Part shown: in pieces, positions 43,046 through 56,000 of the stretch
Layout: each line of letters begins with the position of its first letter
Position numbering within the stretch: position 1 is the first letter of the stretch
From: Nageia nagi
Lineage: Eukaryota > Plantae > Pinophyta
DNA: 64,000 bases
Assembly (NCBI GenBank): GCA_050084985.1
Contig: JBITNC010000001.1
Coordinates: 173,972,001-174,036,000, forward strand
Direction of reading: 5' to 3'
Translations under genes and position numbers: made by a program
The notes under the pieces: generated by a model
Seen by the model: only the letters and a program-made list of their open reading frames with translations
The model's database searches: none
Told to the model about the DNA's origin: nothing

Positions 43046-46000
43046 ATGGTTGAAACCTTCATACCCAAGCATATACTCGACGATTCCAACTTTGGAATAT
43101 GGGAACCTCGTATGAAAGCTGAGTTACAAGCAAGGAAGCTATGGCAGACAATTAATGAAGACTTGGTCGCTCCTACCGATGAGAAGGCTCTTGAAGTATA
43201 CAACTCAAAGAATGAGTTAGCAACTTCAATGATTTATCGTGCAGTTTCAGATGACGTCCTTCTCATGATCTCTTCTTCAACATCAGCAAAGGAAGCTTGG
43301 GATAGGCTGAAGAAAATTTACCTTGGGTCAAAATTTTCAAGGAGGTTCACCATTTTACAAAAGTTGTTGCAATATCGTCAAGGTGAAGATGAAAGTGCCT
43401 CTATCTACTTGAACAAAATCATTGACCTCAGGACACAACTGGTTGGTTGTGGGTGCAACTGGATCAATGATGAGTTCATGGTCTTCATCATTCTTCAAAG
43501 CCTTTGTACAAAGTTTAGTAACTTTGTCACAGTTATGGAAACAAGGCTCGATGATGAAGAAGATGTCATCTCTCTTGATAACCTCTCTAGACTCCTTCTG
43601 AAGCATGAGAAACTTTGAATAAGAAAATGTTGAACCTTTCTCCAAAGGATAATAGCATTGCTCTAGGAGCAACCAAAACTCCTTTCAAGAAGAAGTTCAA
43701 ACATTATAAATTCAAAGATAACAAGTCCTCATCTACCTTCAGGAAGTATGAGAAAAAGGGCAACAATAATGGCAACTTCAGGTAAAGGAATGACAAAGCT
43801 GGATCAAGCAATCCAACACCTCAGGAAAAGTTTGATGGAAATTGTAACTTTTGTGGCATCTTTGGGCACAAAGAGTATGATTGTTGTAAAAAGGAATTTG
43901 CTCAAAAAGGCAAGGGAAATGCAAATGTGAGAAATTTCAATAATAGAAAGAAGAACAAGCATGCTGCTACTGTTGCCTACTACTCAATGACTCAAACTGT
44001 TTCAAATGATTGGATTATTGATTTAGGATGCACTAATCACATGTGTTATGAAAAGGATAAGTTTGAAAATTTTCATAAGTACAAGAAAGATGCAGTTGTG
44101 ATAGGTGATAACATAGTCCTTGATGTTCAAGGAATAGGGAGTGTGAAGATTCATGGAAAGACTCTTGATAATGTCTTTTATGTACCTAAACTAAGGATGA
44201 ATCTCATCTCCGTAATTCAGATTACAAGGAAAGGATACTCATTTGAGTTTACCTCACACTCCTGGTGTGTTAAGAAAGGACTTGCCACCTTCATGAAAGG
44301 ATCAGTAAAGGATGACCTTTATATTGTGGATCAAGTTTCTTTAAAGATTTGTCTTGCTGCAAATGCTTGTTCAAAGGGTAATCTTTGGCATCAATGATTA
44401 GGGTACCTTAACCACAAGAGTATTCAAGCTATGAAAACTCAAGAACTTGTGGAAGGTTTACCTAATATTTCACCCATAATTGGTCTCTGTGAAAGGTGCA
44501 TTCTAGGAAAGATGAATAGGTAAAAGTTTGAAAAAGATAAGGCAACTCGGGCCACTCGTCCTCTTCAGCTTGTGCATTCAGATTTGATGGGTCCATTTTA
44601 GACTAAGTCTCTAGGGGGAGCTTCTTATGTTCTGACCTTCATTGATGACTTCAGTAGGATGACATTTGGTTATCTACTTGAGCACAAGGATCAAACTTTT
44701 GACAGGTTTAAAGACTTCAAAGCTCTTGTTGAAAATCAAACTGATTTTAAGATCAAAATGCTGAGATCTGATAATGGGGGTGAGTATAATAGCAATGAGT
44801 TTAATGACTATTGTGTTAAACATGGGATCAAACGGCAATTCACAATCCCTTACACCCCTCAGCAAAATGGAGTTGCTGAAAGGAAGAATCGCACCATTAT
44901 GGAAATGGCAAGATGCATGTTGGGTAACCTTCCTAGTTTCTTATGGGGAGAAGCGGTTCACACTGCTATTCACACCCTAAATAGGTGTCCTACTAAGGTA
45001 GTTGAAGGTAAAACTTCGTATGAAGCATGGACAGGAAAGAAACCTAACCTCTCACACTTTAGGGTCTTCGGTTGTGATGCATTTGCCTTCATTACCTCAG
45101 AGAAAAGAAAGAAGATGGATCAAAGATCAGAAAAATGCATCTTTGTGGGGTATGATAATCAGCATAGAGGTTACAGGCTCTACTCCTCATCCCATAACAT
45201 AGTCTTTATTTCTAGGGATGTCAAGTTCAATGAACTTCCTGAGGATACAACCTCTCATGCTGAGGTGTCTGATACAGATGGTTCTTCGCCAGCACCTAAC
45301 TGGTTGGATGATCATGTAGGGAAGTCACCACAAGAGAAAAATTCTCCAGCTCAGAGAATTACAAGAAGTATGACCTTGAATAACTCTTTATTTGCCAAAA
45401 TTGATAATATGAATGAGCCATCAACATTCAAAGAAGCTTCCAAGCAAGAGTGTTGGATGGAAGCTATGAAGTTGAGTATGAGGCGCTCATGAAAAATGAA
45501 ACTTGGGATTTGGTTCCTTATCCCAATGAGAAAAATATGATTGGAAATAAATGGATATACAAGGTCAAGTACAATTCTGATGGAAAAATTGAAAAATACA
45601 AAGTAAGGTTAGTGGCCAAAGGATTCGCTCAAAAAAATGGTATTGATTATGAGGAAACCTTTGCTCCTGTGGCCAAGATGCCTACTGTCAGGATAATCCT
45701 TGCTTTTTCTACAGCTCAAGGATGGAAAGTTTTCCAACTTGATGTCAAGAGTGCATTTCTCAATGGTGGCTTGGATGTAGAAATCTACATGAATCAACCA
45801 GAAGGATTTATTCCAGAAGGAAAAGAGTCTCTTGTGTGCAAGCTAAAGAAGTCTTTGTATGGACTTAAACAAGCACCTAGAGCATGGTAAAAGAAAATTT
45901 TAGGATTCTTTACAGATATTGGTTTTTCCAAGTGCTTCTCTGACTCAGATCTCTATGTACTCAATCAAGGAAAAGACATGGTCTTAATTCTCCTTTATGT

Positions 46001-46893
46001 GGATGATCTTCTCATAACAGGCAATAATATTAAAATCATCCAAGAGTGCATATCCAAACTGAAGGCAACATTTGAAATGACTGATCTAGGTCTATTGCAT
46101 TACTATCTTGGGATGCAAGTATACCAACACAAAGATTGTATTTATCTTAGTCAATCTAAGTATATATCAGACATCTTGCAAAAGTTTGGAATGGAGGAGT
46201 GTAGATATGCTGCAATACCTATTTCTCCTGGAATCGCTGTATCTCTGAGCTCAGATTCTCAATTGGCTGATGCTACAGCTTATAGGCAATTGATTGGTAG
46301 TCTTCTGTATCTGACTATCTCTCGACCTGATATTGCCTTTGCAGTGAATCTGATGGCACGATTCATGCAAAAACCATATGTTGAGCACCTCAATGCTATT
46401 AAGCAAATCTTGAGGTATGTGGCAGGGACAAAGGATCTTGCTCTTAAGTATTCCAAAGTGCCCTCAATTGTTCTCTCTAGGTTCTTAGATTCTGATTATG
46501 GGGGGATAGAGATGACAGCAAATCAACCTCTGCATATGTGTTTAGCATTGGTTCAGGTGCTATCTCTTGGGCTTCCAAGAAGCTATTTGGCCGAGGCATC
46601 TTTTGAACAAAATTGGGTATAAGCAAAATGGCCCATCTCTTATTTCTTTAGACAATCAATCGGCTATCTCTTTGGCTAAGAATCCTGTGTTCCATCAGAG
46701 AACCAAACATGTGGAAATCTAAGCCCATTTTATCAGGGAGAAGGTTCTAGATGACATCATACACTTGGAGTATTATCCATCTACTGAAAACTCCACTAAT
46801 TTATTCACCAAGCCCCTTCCTGAAGCTCATTTTAGCAAGCTTAGGGATTCTCTCGGGTTGGTGAAGTTGCCCTCAAGGGGGAGTGAAGTCTAA
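43046..46893 (+). pseudogene. gag-pol of copia D (few stops and frameshifts, deletions in RNase H)
   Basis: gag LDDSNFGIWEPRMKAEL; CNFCGIFGHKEYDC; protease WIIDLGCTNHM; integrase LRSDNGGEY...PQQNGVAERKNRT; RT QLDVKSAFLNG, KSLYGLKQAPRAW, LYVDDLL; RNase H NPVFHQRTKHVE. Confidence 0.97.
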
Positions 46894-46959
46894 ACTTTTG
46901 TTAGTGATGACAACTTCACCTCTAAGAGGCTCTTTTGTTGTTGTATAGCATGTGTTGAT

Positions 46960-47425
46960 CATTTTATACCTCCATGGTAAGTTTGCTCTGCGTGACAAAC
47001 TTGTTGTACATTTTATACCTTCGTGGTAAGTTTGCTCTGCATGACAAACTTGTTGTACATTTTTATACCTCCGTGGTAAGTTTGCTCTACGTGATAAACT
47101 TGTTGTACATTTTATACCTTCGTGGTAAGTTTGCTCTGCATGACAAACTTGTTGTACATTTTTATACCTCCATGGTAAGTTTGCTCTGCGTGACAAACTT
47201 GTTGTACATTTTACACCTCCGTGGTAAGTTTGCTCTATGTGACAAACTTGTTGTACATTTTACACCTCCGTGGTAAGTTTGCTCTGTGTGACAAACTTAT
47301 TGTACAATTTTTTGAGCATATAATTTATATACCTCCGTGGTAAGTTCGCTTTGTGTGAGTAACTTATTGTACATTCTATACCTCCGTGGTGAGTTTGCTC
47401 TGCATGAGAAACTCGTTGTACAATT
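46960..47425 (+). repeat. 49/50-bp tandem array (about 9 units) in the 3' region of D
   Basis: Unit cattttatacctccgtggtaagtttgctctgcgtgacaaacttgttgta; the first units alternate as a 99-bp dimer. Confidence 0.95.
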
Positions 47426-47908
47426 TTTATGCTCTATTAATAATCAACACATGTCTATATACAACAGGTGACTATGAGTGATGGCTTGGCATCTCCGTGA
47501 TGACTTATAGTGCACCATTGATTAGTTATTTATAAGATGGCATTATTTGATTCTCTTATTTGAATATATGATGCATCTAACTGATTTTGTTCATGAGTTG
47601 CTTGTAGCATGTAGGATCTTCTTCAGAAATGCAGGTTACTCACCTTGTGAAAGCAAGCTCATGGAGACTCACATGTCAGCTTAAAGTTGATCAACTACTA
47701 TGTACAGTGAAACCAGTTGTGGTTAATGATTGTATTGTAAACCATTTTTTGTCAAATGGTAATGTAGTGAGTCTCATACTAGTTCTCAAAAAGATTCTCA
47801 AATATGTAAATGTTCTCATCTCCACTTGTATCTCTATGGAGGAGAACTCTCTCTTACTCTCTCTCTTCTCTCTTCTACGCTCTATCCCAATATTGCATTA
47901 AAGGGGAG

Positions 47909-48173
47909 TGTTAGAATTTGTAATGAAATATTGTGAATATCTAAAGTCCTTGTAAATTCAATTAATCACTTAAAGGATATGTAGATACCTTAAGGGATTA
48001 ATTGAATTCTTTATTATGTAGACTTTGACTTTACCAAGTGGTTAGTTGGTAGGTTAAAGTCTACATAATAAAGAATTCAATTAATCCCTTAAGGTATCTA
48101 CATATCCTTTAAGTGATTAATTGAATTTACAAGGAGTTTAGATATTCACAATATTTCATTACAAATTCTAACA
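47909..48173. repeat. 265-bp fold-back inverted repeat replacing the 3' LTR of D
   Basis: Arms 47909-48026 and 48056-48173 (118 bp, 1 mismatch), 29-bp spacer, preceded directly by PPT aaaggggag. Confidence 0.97.
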
Positions 48174-49609
48174 GCATTATCTCTTACCCCTTCATCTCCT
48201 TGAACTTCACACTACTCCATGGATGTGTTCAATGTATGGAAAATATAAATCAATACCTCTTAAACCCAAACTCAAAGAAATCAAGAATTTAAATATGAGT
48301 AGGAATTATCATTAGACTTAACTCAAGGAAAAAGAGAATTTAAAACTCATTATTTAGAATAATTTGTTCAACTACATGTTGTTGACATCAACTACCTCTT
48401 CATTTTGTTGAACTCTTCATTGCTTGAAGTGTGTGCCCAGCTCGTGCAAATCACATCTTTATGTCATATTTTCTCTTATACATTTTTGTGTTTATTTATT
48501 TTTTCCTCTCTTTCATAATCCTATATTATTATTTCAATGGTATTGATCGATTTATTTGATAGTTCTTTTTGTATCACACATTTTATTCATGACAACATAT
48601 TTTTACTAGTCTATATCATCTACTCTTACATTGCTTGTTAAGTACGTTAAATCTTCCCATTGTTTCAAATATTGATTTTTATTATACATTTGATTACCAT
48701 TTCATAATTTCAAAATAACTAGATAAATTATGATATTCTAACTTATTCTTATTCAATGTATAGCACTGCTAGTAATCGATATTTGAATATTCACCACAAG
48801 TAACAACCTTGCATATAAACATTAACCTCTTGACCACCCTATTAGCATGACATTCATCGAAAACACCTTATACATATTATTTGTCAACCAATAATAAGTA
48901 AACGAGATCAAATCATAATAAGTTACATGTATAGTAAATTTATATGACCAACAAGAAATGTAGAAATACCAACCATTACAATTTGAAGGTTGCCACTAAG
49001 AGCTAGACCATGGATAGTACGAATTGAAGGTTTCCTTCCACCTATGTATTATTAAGATTGGCTCCCTCTTGAATTTTAATTTGCAAAATTGAAACTTGGA
49101 AAACCTTAGGTGTAATATGAACTAAAATTGAAACTTGAAAACTATTTCAAATAGTATTATGATCATTTATGACCAAGAGTTTGTAACGATCTCTTCAAAG
49201 AAAAAAATTGATGTTGATCCTTTTTACATTTGAGCAATCTTACTAGTCATAGATATGTTGTTAATAACATGAATTTTCTTCTTTAAAGGATTGTAGAGAC
49301 TCCATGTAGGTTTCTTTCACATGCGATTGTGATAACAACTTGCATAGACTTGTATGCAAAATTAGTTTGCTTAAGAATAATTACCTTCTTGTTATCTATG
49401 ATTTTACATTTAATATTGTTTTATGATTCATAAACATGTGGGTTTCTTAATTTTCTTAAACATTTCAAATCCTACTATGACAATTTTTGACCAAGAATCT
49501 ATTTGATCTCTTTAAATAAGAAAAATAATTTTGATCCTCCATTTAAGCAATCTTACTTGTCCTGCAAAAGTTGCTAACGAGATCTTTGAAAATATTGTAT
49601 TAAGTCCTA

Positions 49610-49825
49610 GTCATAATGGGAATGATTTGGAGGCTCTCAAGTATTTTTAGAAAATACAATTGATTAGTTTAAGACCATATTCAATAATTGTTACAAGTAT
49701 TCTTGCTACATGTGTAAGTTTTGCAACTTTTAAATGGACCATGGACATTCATAAACAAATAGTTAAATGCGGATTTTTTTCTCATGCAATTGTGATAACA
49801 ACATTGATAGACATGTTTGGAAAAT
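49610..49825 (+). pseudogene. PLS-PPR fragment (P-L-S)
   Basis: HNGNDLEALKYF*KIQLISLRPYSIIVTSILATCVSFATFKWTMDIHKQIVKCGFFSHAIVITTLIDMFGK; a related shorter piece lies near 49290-49345. Confidence 0.8.
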
Positions 49826-50059
49826 TAGTTTTTATCGAGAATAACTATCTTTTTGTTATCAATGATTGTGTTATTATTATAAGGTAGAATACCATGGTTT
49901 TGGTCTCCTTTCAAGGTAAAATTTATTTGCTTAAGAATAACTATCTTTTTGTTTTTAGGTAGATTGATCTAACAACCCCAAATAATAAGATGTATCACAA
50001 AAGGAGAAGCGATATGGATGGGTATTGTGTTTACCTATAATTAATAAATCATGGTTCAA

Positions 50060-50322
50060 AGATATTAGTCCTGATATGAGATTCATTCTGCAAAATCTCA
50101 AGGAGGAAGGGAAGGAGCAAATTCTTTACCACCACAATGATAAACTAACAATTGCTTTTGGTTTGTTAAATACATCCTCTTGCACATAAGTTGTGAAGAA
50201 CCTTTGAGCATGCAATAAATTTTCTCTTTAAAATGGTTATATGAAACATATTTGTATGGGATGTCGACCATTTTTTCCAATTCAAGGATATACATGAATA
50301 TTCATGTGGTAATTATTGGTGA
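50060..50322 (+). pseudogene. DYW deaminase domain remnant
   Basis: SPDMRFILQNLKEEGKEQILYHHNDKLTIAFGLLNTSSCT*VVKNL*AC...VWDVDHFFQFKD...SCGNYW*; HSE changed to HND and CxxC partly deleted. Confidence 0.88.
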
Positions 50323-50789
50323 GTGACAAAACGATGTTTGTTGTAGAAATAGAATGAATCTTTTTTATAACAAATGATTTATCTTAGCAAAGTCTTTTAC
50401 TACCATGATCTTGTAGTTGTATTGCAGGTAAACAAGGATATAAGCATAATCTCTTTGGGAATTCATTCCAACCTATTATTAGATTTCAAAAACCTTCAAA
50501 TCTTGAGAGGTGATTTTGAGCCCAAACTTTTGCTAAGACCATATAATTGCTACTGTTAAAATACTAAAGCTATTGATATAAAATTTCATTAAAAAAATAT
50601 TTACCTTACAAGATTAGGTCTTTTTTCTTGATGTTGTGTGGTCATATTCTCTTTTGCTACCATCCTTGGAATCTCCCCTACTATATTGTATATACGATTG
50701 CTTATATCATGGGGCTAGAAGGACCATGTTGGATTTTAATATTTAAAACTACTCTATGATTCAAATATTTTGGTGTTTTATATTTTAGG

Positions 50790-51415
50790 ACTAAAGTTCA
50801 TGTACTCCTTGATAAATATGTATGTAAAATATGCTATATAATTCAAACATTTTCATCAAATGTTGTGGTTGTGAATGCCTTGATAAATATGTATGCAAAA
50901 TATGCAATAATATAGGAGGCCTAAGAATTGTTTGAGAATTTGCATGATGTAAACATTGTTTCATGAATTACAATAATCATAAGATATGCATGTAATGGGC
51001 ATTCAACAAATGCTGTGGTTGTACATGCTCAGATAAGTGCATGCAAAATATAGGAGATAACACAAACATGAACAACCCATGAAGTATTACATGCCAAATT
51101 TACACATTTATATGAGCATTAATTGATTCAACAGGAAAACATGGATGTAAAATGGATTTTTGATAATTGTACACATAATATGCAAAATATTATGAAATAG
51201 GTTTAGGTTGAATGTTGTGGTTATGAATGACCTGATAATTATTATGTAAGAATGCATAAGGCTTATGAATCGTATGAGAATGCATGATGCAAACATAGTT
51301 TCATGGACTACAATAATCACAAGATATGCACTTAATGAGTATTCATTTTCAATTGTGGTTGTGAATGCTTGAATAAACATGGATGATGTAAGCATAGTTT
51401 CATGGATTGCAATCA
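50790..51415 (+). pseudogene. Scrambled PLS-PPR fragments
   Basis: FSSNVVVVNALINMYAKYAII*EA*ELFENLHDVNIVS*ITIIIRYACNG; MHDANIVSWTTIITRYALN; repeated short pieces. Confidence 0.8.
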
Positions 51416-51574
51416 TGATATCTTACCTAAAATACTTATGTAGAATCAACTTGGGTTTTGATGACTTGCTTTTCCACAATGTTCATTCAATGAAACACAA
51501 ATGAATTGAATGTGGTTGGTATTAGGATATCATGTAGGGTGGTGAATAATCATCGAGATGTGTGCTTGGAGAAT

Positions 51575-52170
51575 CATATTGGTATCTTTTTATTTAAAAT
51601 TAAAAAACAAGATACTAATGGTATCCTACCAAAGGATACCAATATGATCTTTTTATTTGAAATTAAAAAGCATGATACCAATACCATCCTTCCGAGGGAT
51701 GCTAATGCAATCCTTCTGAGGGGTGCTATTGCGATCCTTCTATTTAAAATTTGAAAAATAGGATACCAATGTGATCATTTTGTTTAACATTAAAAAAATA
51801 GGATACCAATGTGATCTTTCCAAAACTTACCAATGCCATCTTTAAGATACATGGTTGTCCTGAAAGATCCCATAAACATCTTGTATAAAATACTCTTTGA
51901 ACACATGCAACTTTAAAACATGATACTAATGCGATTATGTGAAAAGATACTAATACGATCCTCCACGAAACTACCAATATGACCTTATCCATATATATTA
52001 ATACGATCCTAATAAAGATAGCAAGACGATCCTACTAAAAATACCAATAGGATCATCATATGAAGAAATACCAATGAGATCTCTAGAAAAGAAATACCAA
52101 TGAGATCTCTAGAAAAGAAATACTAATGAGATCTCTAGAAAAAAATACCAATACAATTTTGGAGAATACC
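51575..52170. repeat. Cluster of short gataccaat...gatc motifs in both orientations, ending in a 26-bp tandem (x3); resembles DNA-transposon subterminal repeats
   Basis: Many atac(c/t)aat copies; inverted attggtatc near 51578; aaataccaatgagatctctagaaaag repeated at 52066-52143. Confidence 0.7.
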
Positions 52171-52942
52171 ATTCCATCATGCGAGTCGATGACTTTTTGT
52201 CTCAAAAAGTGGATATCCTTTGCCTTTCTTCTTGTACAACCTTATGTATGTAAGGCGTTGGCTATCTAGCTTCCAAAATTCCCCCTGTGACAAGTTTGAT
52301 ATTATCAAACATCAAAAATAAGCATTAGTAAGGTCTGCAAATTATTTTCGATGCAAAGGTTAATCCCACTTCATTTTCAACGAAATAAGATTAACCCTTT
52401 TTCTATTTTAAATAGTGGAATTTTCTACATGGATACCAGTTAAAATCTTTGTAAAACAATTTTGAAACACTTAATTTTTTTTCACGATTCTTTATAATTG
52501 CGGTTCGATTAACCTGAAAAAATAAACAAAAAACAACTTTCAGCATACTCGAAATTTGCACCATGTCATATTTGTCATAGCAAGCGCCATATATGTAATT
52601 GGGTGATGAAATGGCGAGATCATTCTTTGAGAGGTCTAGAACTAGAAATAGTACGATGATAGAGCCCATCCCACTCTCCTGTACCTCCTTCCATTCAATG
52701 CATGCTTCTTCTATGGTGGTGCTTCATGTCCACCACACATATGACATACAGTGTTGCTGTCACTCATTCCACTTCATCCTCAACGTCATCATCTTTAGCG
52801 TGGTCGTCCTTTTATACTCGGCTCTGGTAGCCTGACCACATTCAACTAAAACCATCCTCATCTTGGTTGAATTGCTTGAAGTTGGAATCCTACTTGGTTT
52901 TAGTAGAGGCTGCTTGTGGTTAGCGTAATTGAGGGAAAAGAG

Positions 52943-53053
52943 ATGGATAATATGCTGGGGCTATTGAAAGTGCGAGTGGTGAAAGGAAAAGACTTGGTCG
53001 TCAGGGACTTGTACAGCAGCGATCCTTATGTTGTTGTCAAGCTCGGAAATCAA
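52943..53053 (+). CDS. CAR: Coding exon 1 of a C2-domain ABA-related (CAR / OsGAP1-like) protein
   Basis: MDNMLGLLKVRVVKGKDLVVRDLYSSDPYVVVKLGNQ, uninterrupted, followed by a phase-0 donor gtaagt at the position known for CAR genes. Exon 2 not found in the window. Confidence 0.9.
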
Positions 53054-56000
53054 GTAAGTTGAACAAGTGTATGGCGATTTCAAGATGAGTAGACTGCAAG
53101 GTCTTTGAGTCGGAATTATGTTAATTAAATTTGTTGGTCGTTGCCCAGAGGGAGAGGAGATGTAGGATAAGTACAGGAACCCAACACCTGTTTTAAAAGT
53201 TTGAATCAGACAAGGTAACAAACTACCCTGGTTTGCTATAAATTTCATTTACAGATCACAACTTGGTAGGCCAAAAATTGGTTACCTAGACCAATACAAA
53301 TTTCCTTGGTAGCCGTCCCATTGGCTACCAATAGCAGATTTCTTTCTTGATTTCCTTCAGGGCTGGTACACATGACCTACTAGTTTGCAGCCTTCAGAAA
53401 CTTTGTTTCTAGACATATTATTATCAGCTCCAATGCTCCGCTCTAAAAGTTATCTTGAAGCATCATTGATTCGAAAGACAAATTTGATAGGGCCTAAATA
53501 ATAAATCATGCTTGTCTTCCTCCTTACAACAGACAAAGAAAAACAAGAGTAGGGTTTTGGATAGCAAAAATCGTTGTATCATGGATCCTTCGCAGTGTGA
53601 GAGAATAAAACTTTGAAGCCCAGCATCTCGCAGGCATGCCCCTCCAACACCCTGTGTTGTTTTTCTGACATGTGCTCATAAGCACTTCTTAGAAAACCCT
53701 ATACTTCCAAACTTGCTATCCTTTGCCCAACGGAATTGTTGTGTTTTCCTCAAAAGATGATGTCGAGGGAGAAAATGGAATTCTTCAGACCTTATGTGCA
53801 CCATGGACCTATGGTCCCCTTTGTAGCCCACCTGAAAGATGATGTCTCAGAACACCAAATCACTCCACCCTTTCCGAGGAATTCCAAAAGTTTTCCTTCA
53901 CCGTAGCCCGAAAAAGGGTTTTATGATACAGTCACCCTTCTTTTGTCGATAACACACCAAATATCTTCCACAAGCGACTCTTTCGGACTGTAACAAATCA
54001 GTTTTTTCTAGTAAGCACATGCTGAAGCATCTGCCGAATTGAGTCCACAGAGAGCTGCCAAAGAGTCTTCATTTCGCTTCCAATAGACTCTGCATCAATC
54101 GTATGCAGATTTTGTAATTGGCTTGGGTTTCCTTCTCCACCATTCTGATCTCACCATGCTGATCTCGCAAGTGATGGTTCTTTTTGATTCAAGGATTCGT
54201 CGTCAATCCAGTTCAAATGTTGGAGTCGCCTTCTCAAGGTTCTGTCAGTTGAGGCCTCCGTTCTTCACATCAGCCCTCCGCAGGCACGCCATATTATAGA
54301 TAGTGTCGCCATTTTCAACAGGGTCACCAGTACACTGTAATCCCACAAACTAAAGCACACAGGCGTGACCGTAATTTCTCCTTGTGTGCATTCTCTCCAT
54401 CCACCATTAGGGTTTCACTTTTTCACCTACGTGAGCAACCCCTGGTTAGTCTGACTTTACTTCGTTCCTACTTCTGCCTTTTTTTTTTGTTTAACAAATC
54501 CATAGTTGGTATCTTTGGGTTTGTCTTCCTCGAGCATTTCAAGGAAGTCATTCACTGAACACCTATTCTCATGGCAATGTGTACGCATGAAAGGGATGGA
54601 TTCATAATGGAATCTTATATGTATTCAATCTTTCCAGTTGCATTTTTTTTTGGGAAGTGATTTGTTTTATTCAAACCTAAGTCAGCACAAACTTTTAATA
54701 CATGGCTCTCGCCATGTAGACATTCTCTAGAATTTCTTTAGCTTGATCAATATTTTTCTTTGCTATTTTCATTTTTTCATTCGGCAAATTGTGAATCACT
54801 TTAGCTTGCTGTCTGTGTAATGCATCGAGACATGTACTATCAAGCTTATATTACTGTTTTAGCATCAGGATTTACATAATTAAATATTTGCTCTTCACAA
54901 ATAGACATACTTTGAAGTCTATAGGAACCATTTGGAAATGGCATAGAACAGTATGTAGACATAATTCCATAACTGGGAAAATCTTGGCAAATAAAAAACA
55001 TTAAAACAAATCTTTGTTATACAAAAACTAGCATCTTGGAAAATGCCCATCTAAGCTTGTCAAAGGCTAGTGAATAGGAAAAGTAACTGGTACAAAAAAA
55101 TTGGTAAAAAAATTGATAAAAAATTGTTAAATTCGGCAAAATAAATAAAAAAGCTCGTGATTTGAGTGAGCTTTATCAAGTTTCTGTTCATTTCCCAATG
55201 CTAGATTGGCAGATGCCCATTTAGCAACCATGGTTTATTTCCTTGCAAAAACGATAGGCAAACCCTGGAGAAGCCTCAAATCCAAATTGTTTGGATTCAT
55301 CAAATTCTGATATGTAAATCAACAGTTTTTGCAACTATGCATTAGGGCTTGTCCTGAGTGAAAACTCTCTTATGTCAAGGACTTCTCAAAATTTTCTGAG
55401 GCTGGAAGTTGGTACTTGGCAACCAATGTGGAGTGTTGCTTGCATATTTCTTAGATATCGTAACTTGTTACATGATTTGGCTTCTAACATCCTGTGTTGG
55501 GAGCCAATAATGTGTTCATCATTGAAAAGACAGAATGGTGGTTGCCTGCCTTAGTGGGCCAAAGTCAGAAATGTCCAAGTCATTAATGGGAGTAGATATT
55601 AAACCTTTGTCGGTCAATCTAGACAAATGGGTGATGATGGCATTGGCTTCTGTCCACCAATGTTTTTGAATTTGGCTGAGTATTGATAGAAGGACAAAAA
55701 AAAAAGAAGAGAAGACCATTTTTTGAGCGTGTAGGAGGAAGTTGTTGCTGTATCCCCGTTCCTGACTACCTAATGCAAATCCTAAGTTTTACATGCAATG
55801 TGTGAGCTAATTCAAAAAACATCTCCCTAGTCATTGATGATACTAAGATCAAAGAACTGACATTGAGGGATAACTAGAACTACACCAAGAATCCATGTGA
55901 TTGTCCATTGTACGCATTGAATATGGGCATGAATGTTTGTAAAATCATAACATCAACCAATCATGCAGTTAATATGATGCGCTTACTTGCCTTCTCACAT

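Larger units (their letters stand above)
40019..48173 (+). mobile_element. Element D: Ty1/copia retrotransposon with aberrant ends
   Basis: Exact TSD gcatt (40014-40018, 48174-48178) restores the host repeat gaggcattatctct; perfect PBS, near-complete gag-pol, PPT. Confidence 0.93.

Noticed and set aside
43355-45797. Minus-strand and alternative-frame ORFs over copia D gag-pol
   Set aside because: Shadow frames of the real polyprotein.
46873-47276. Repetitive ORFs on both strands
   Set aside because: By-product of the 99-bp dimer periodicity of the 49/50-bp array.
53531-53600. Candidate CAR exon 2 (ag...aaaacaagagta, KTRV)
   Set aside because: KTRV is out of frame with the acceptor and is not followed by NP.WNE.
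53400-54480. Possible inverted LTR-retrotransposon leader fragment
   Set aside because: Composition is suggestive, but no LTR, PBS or protein motif could be pinned down.
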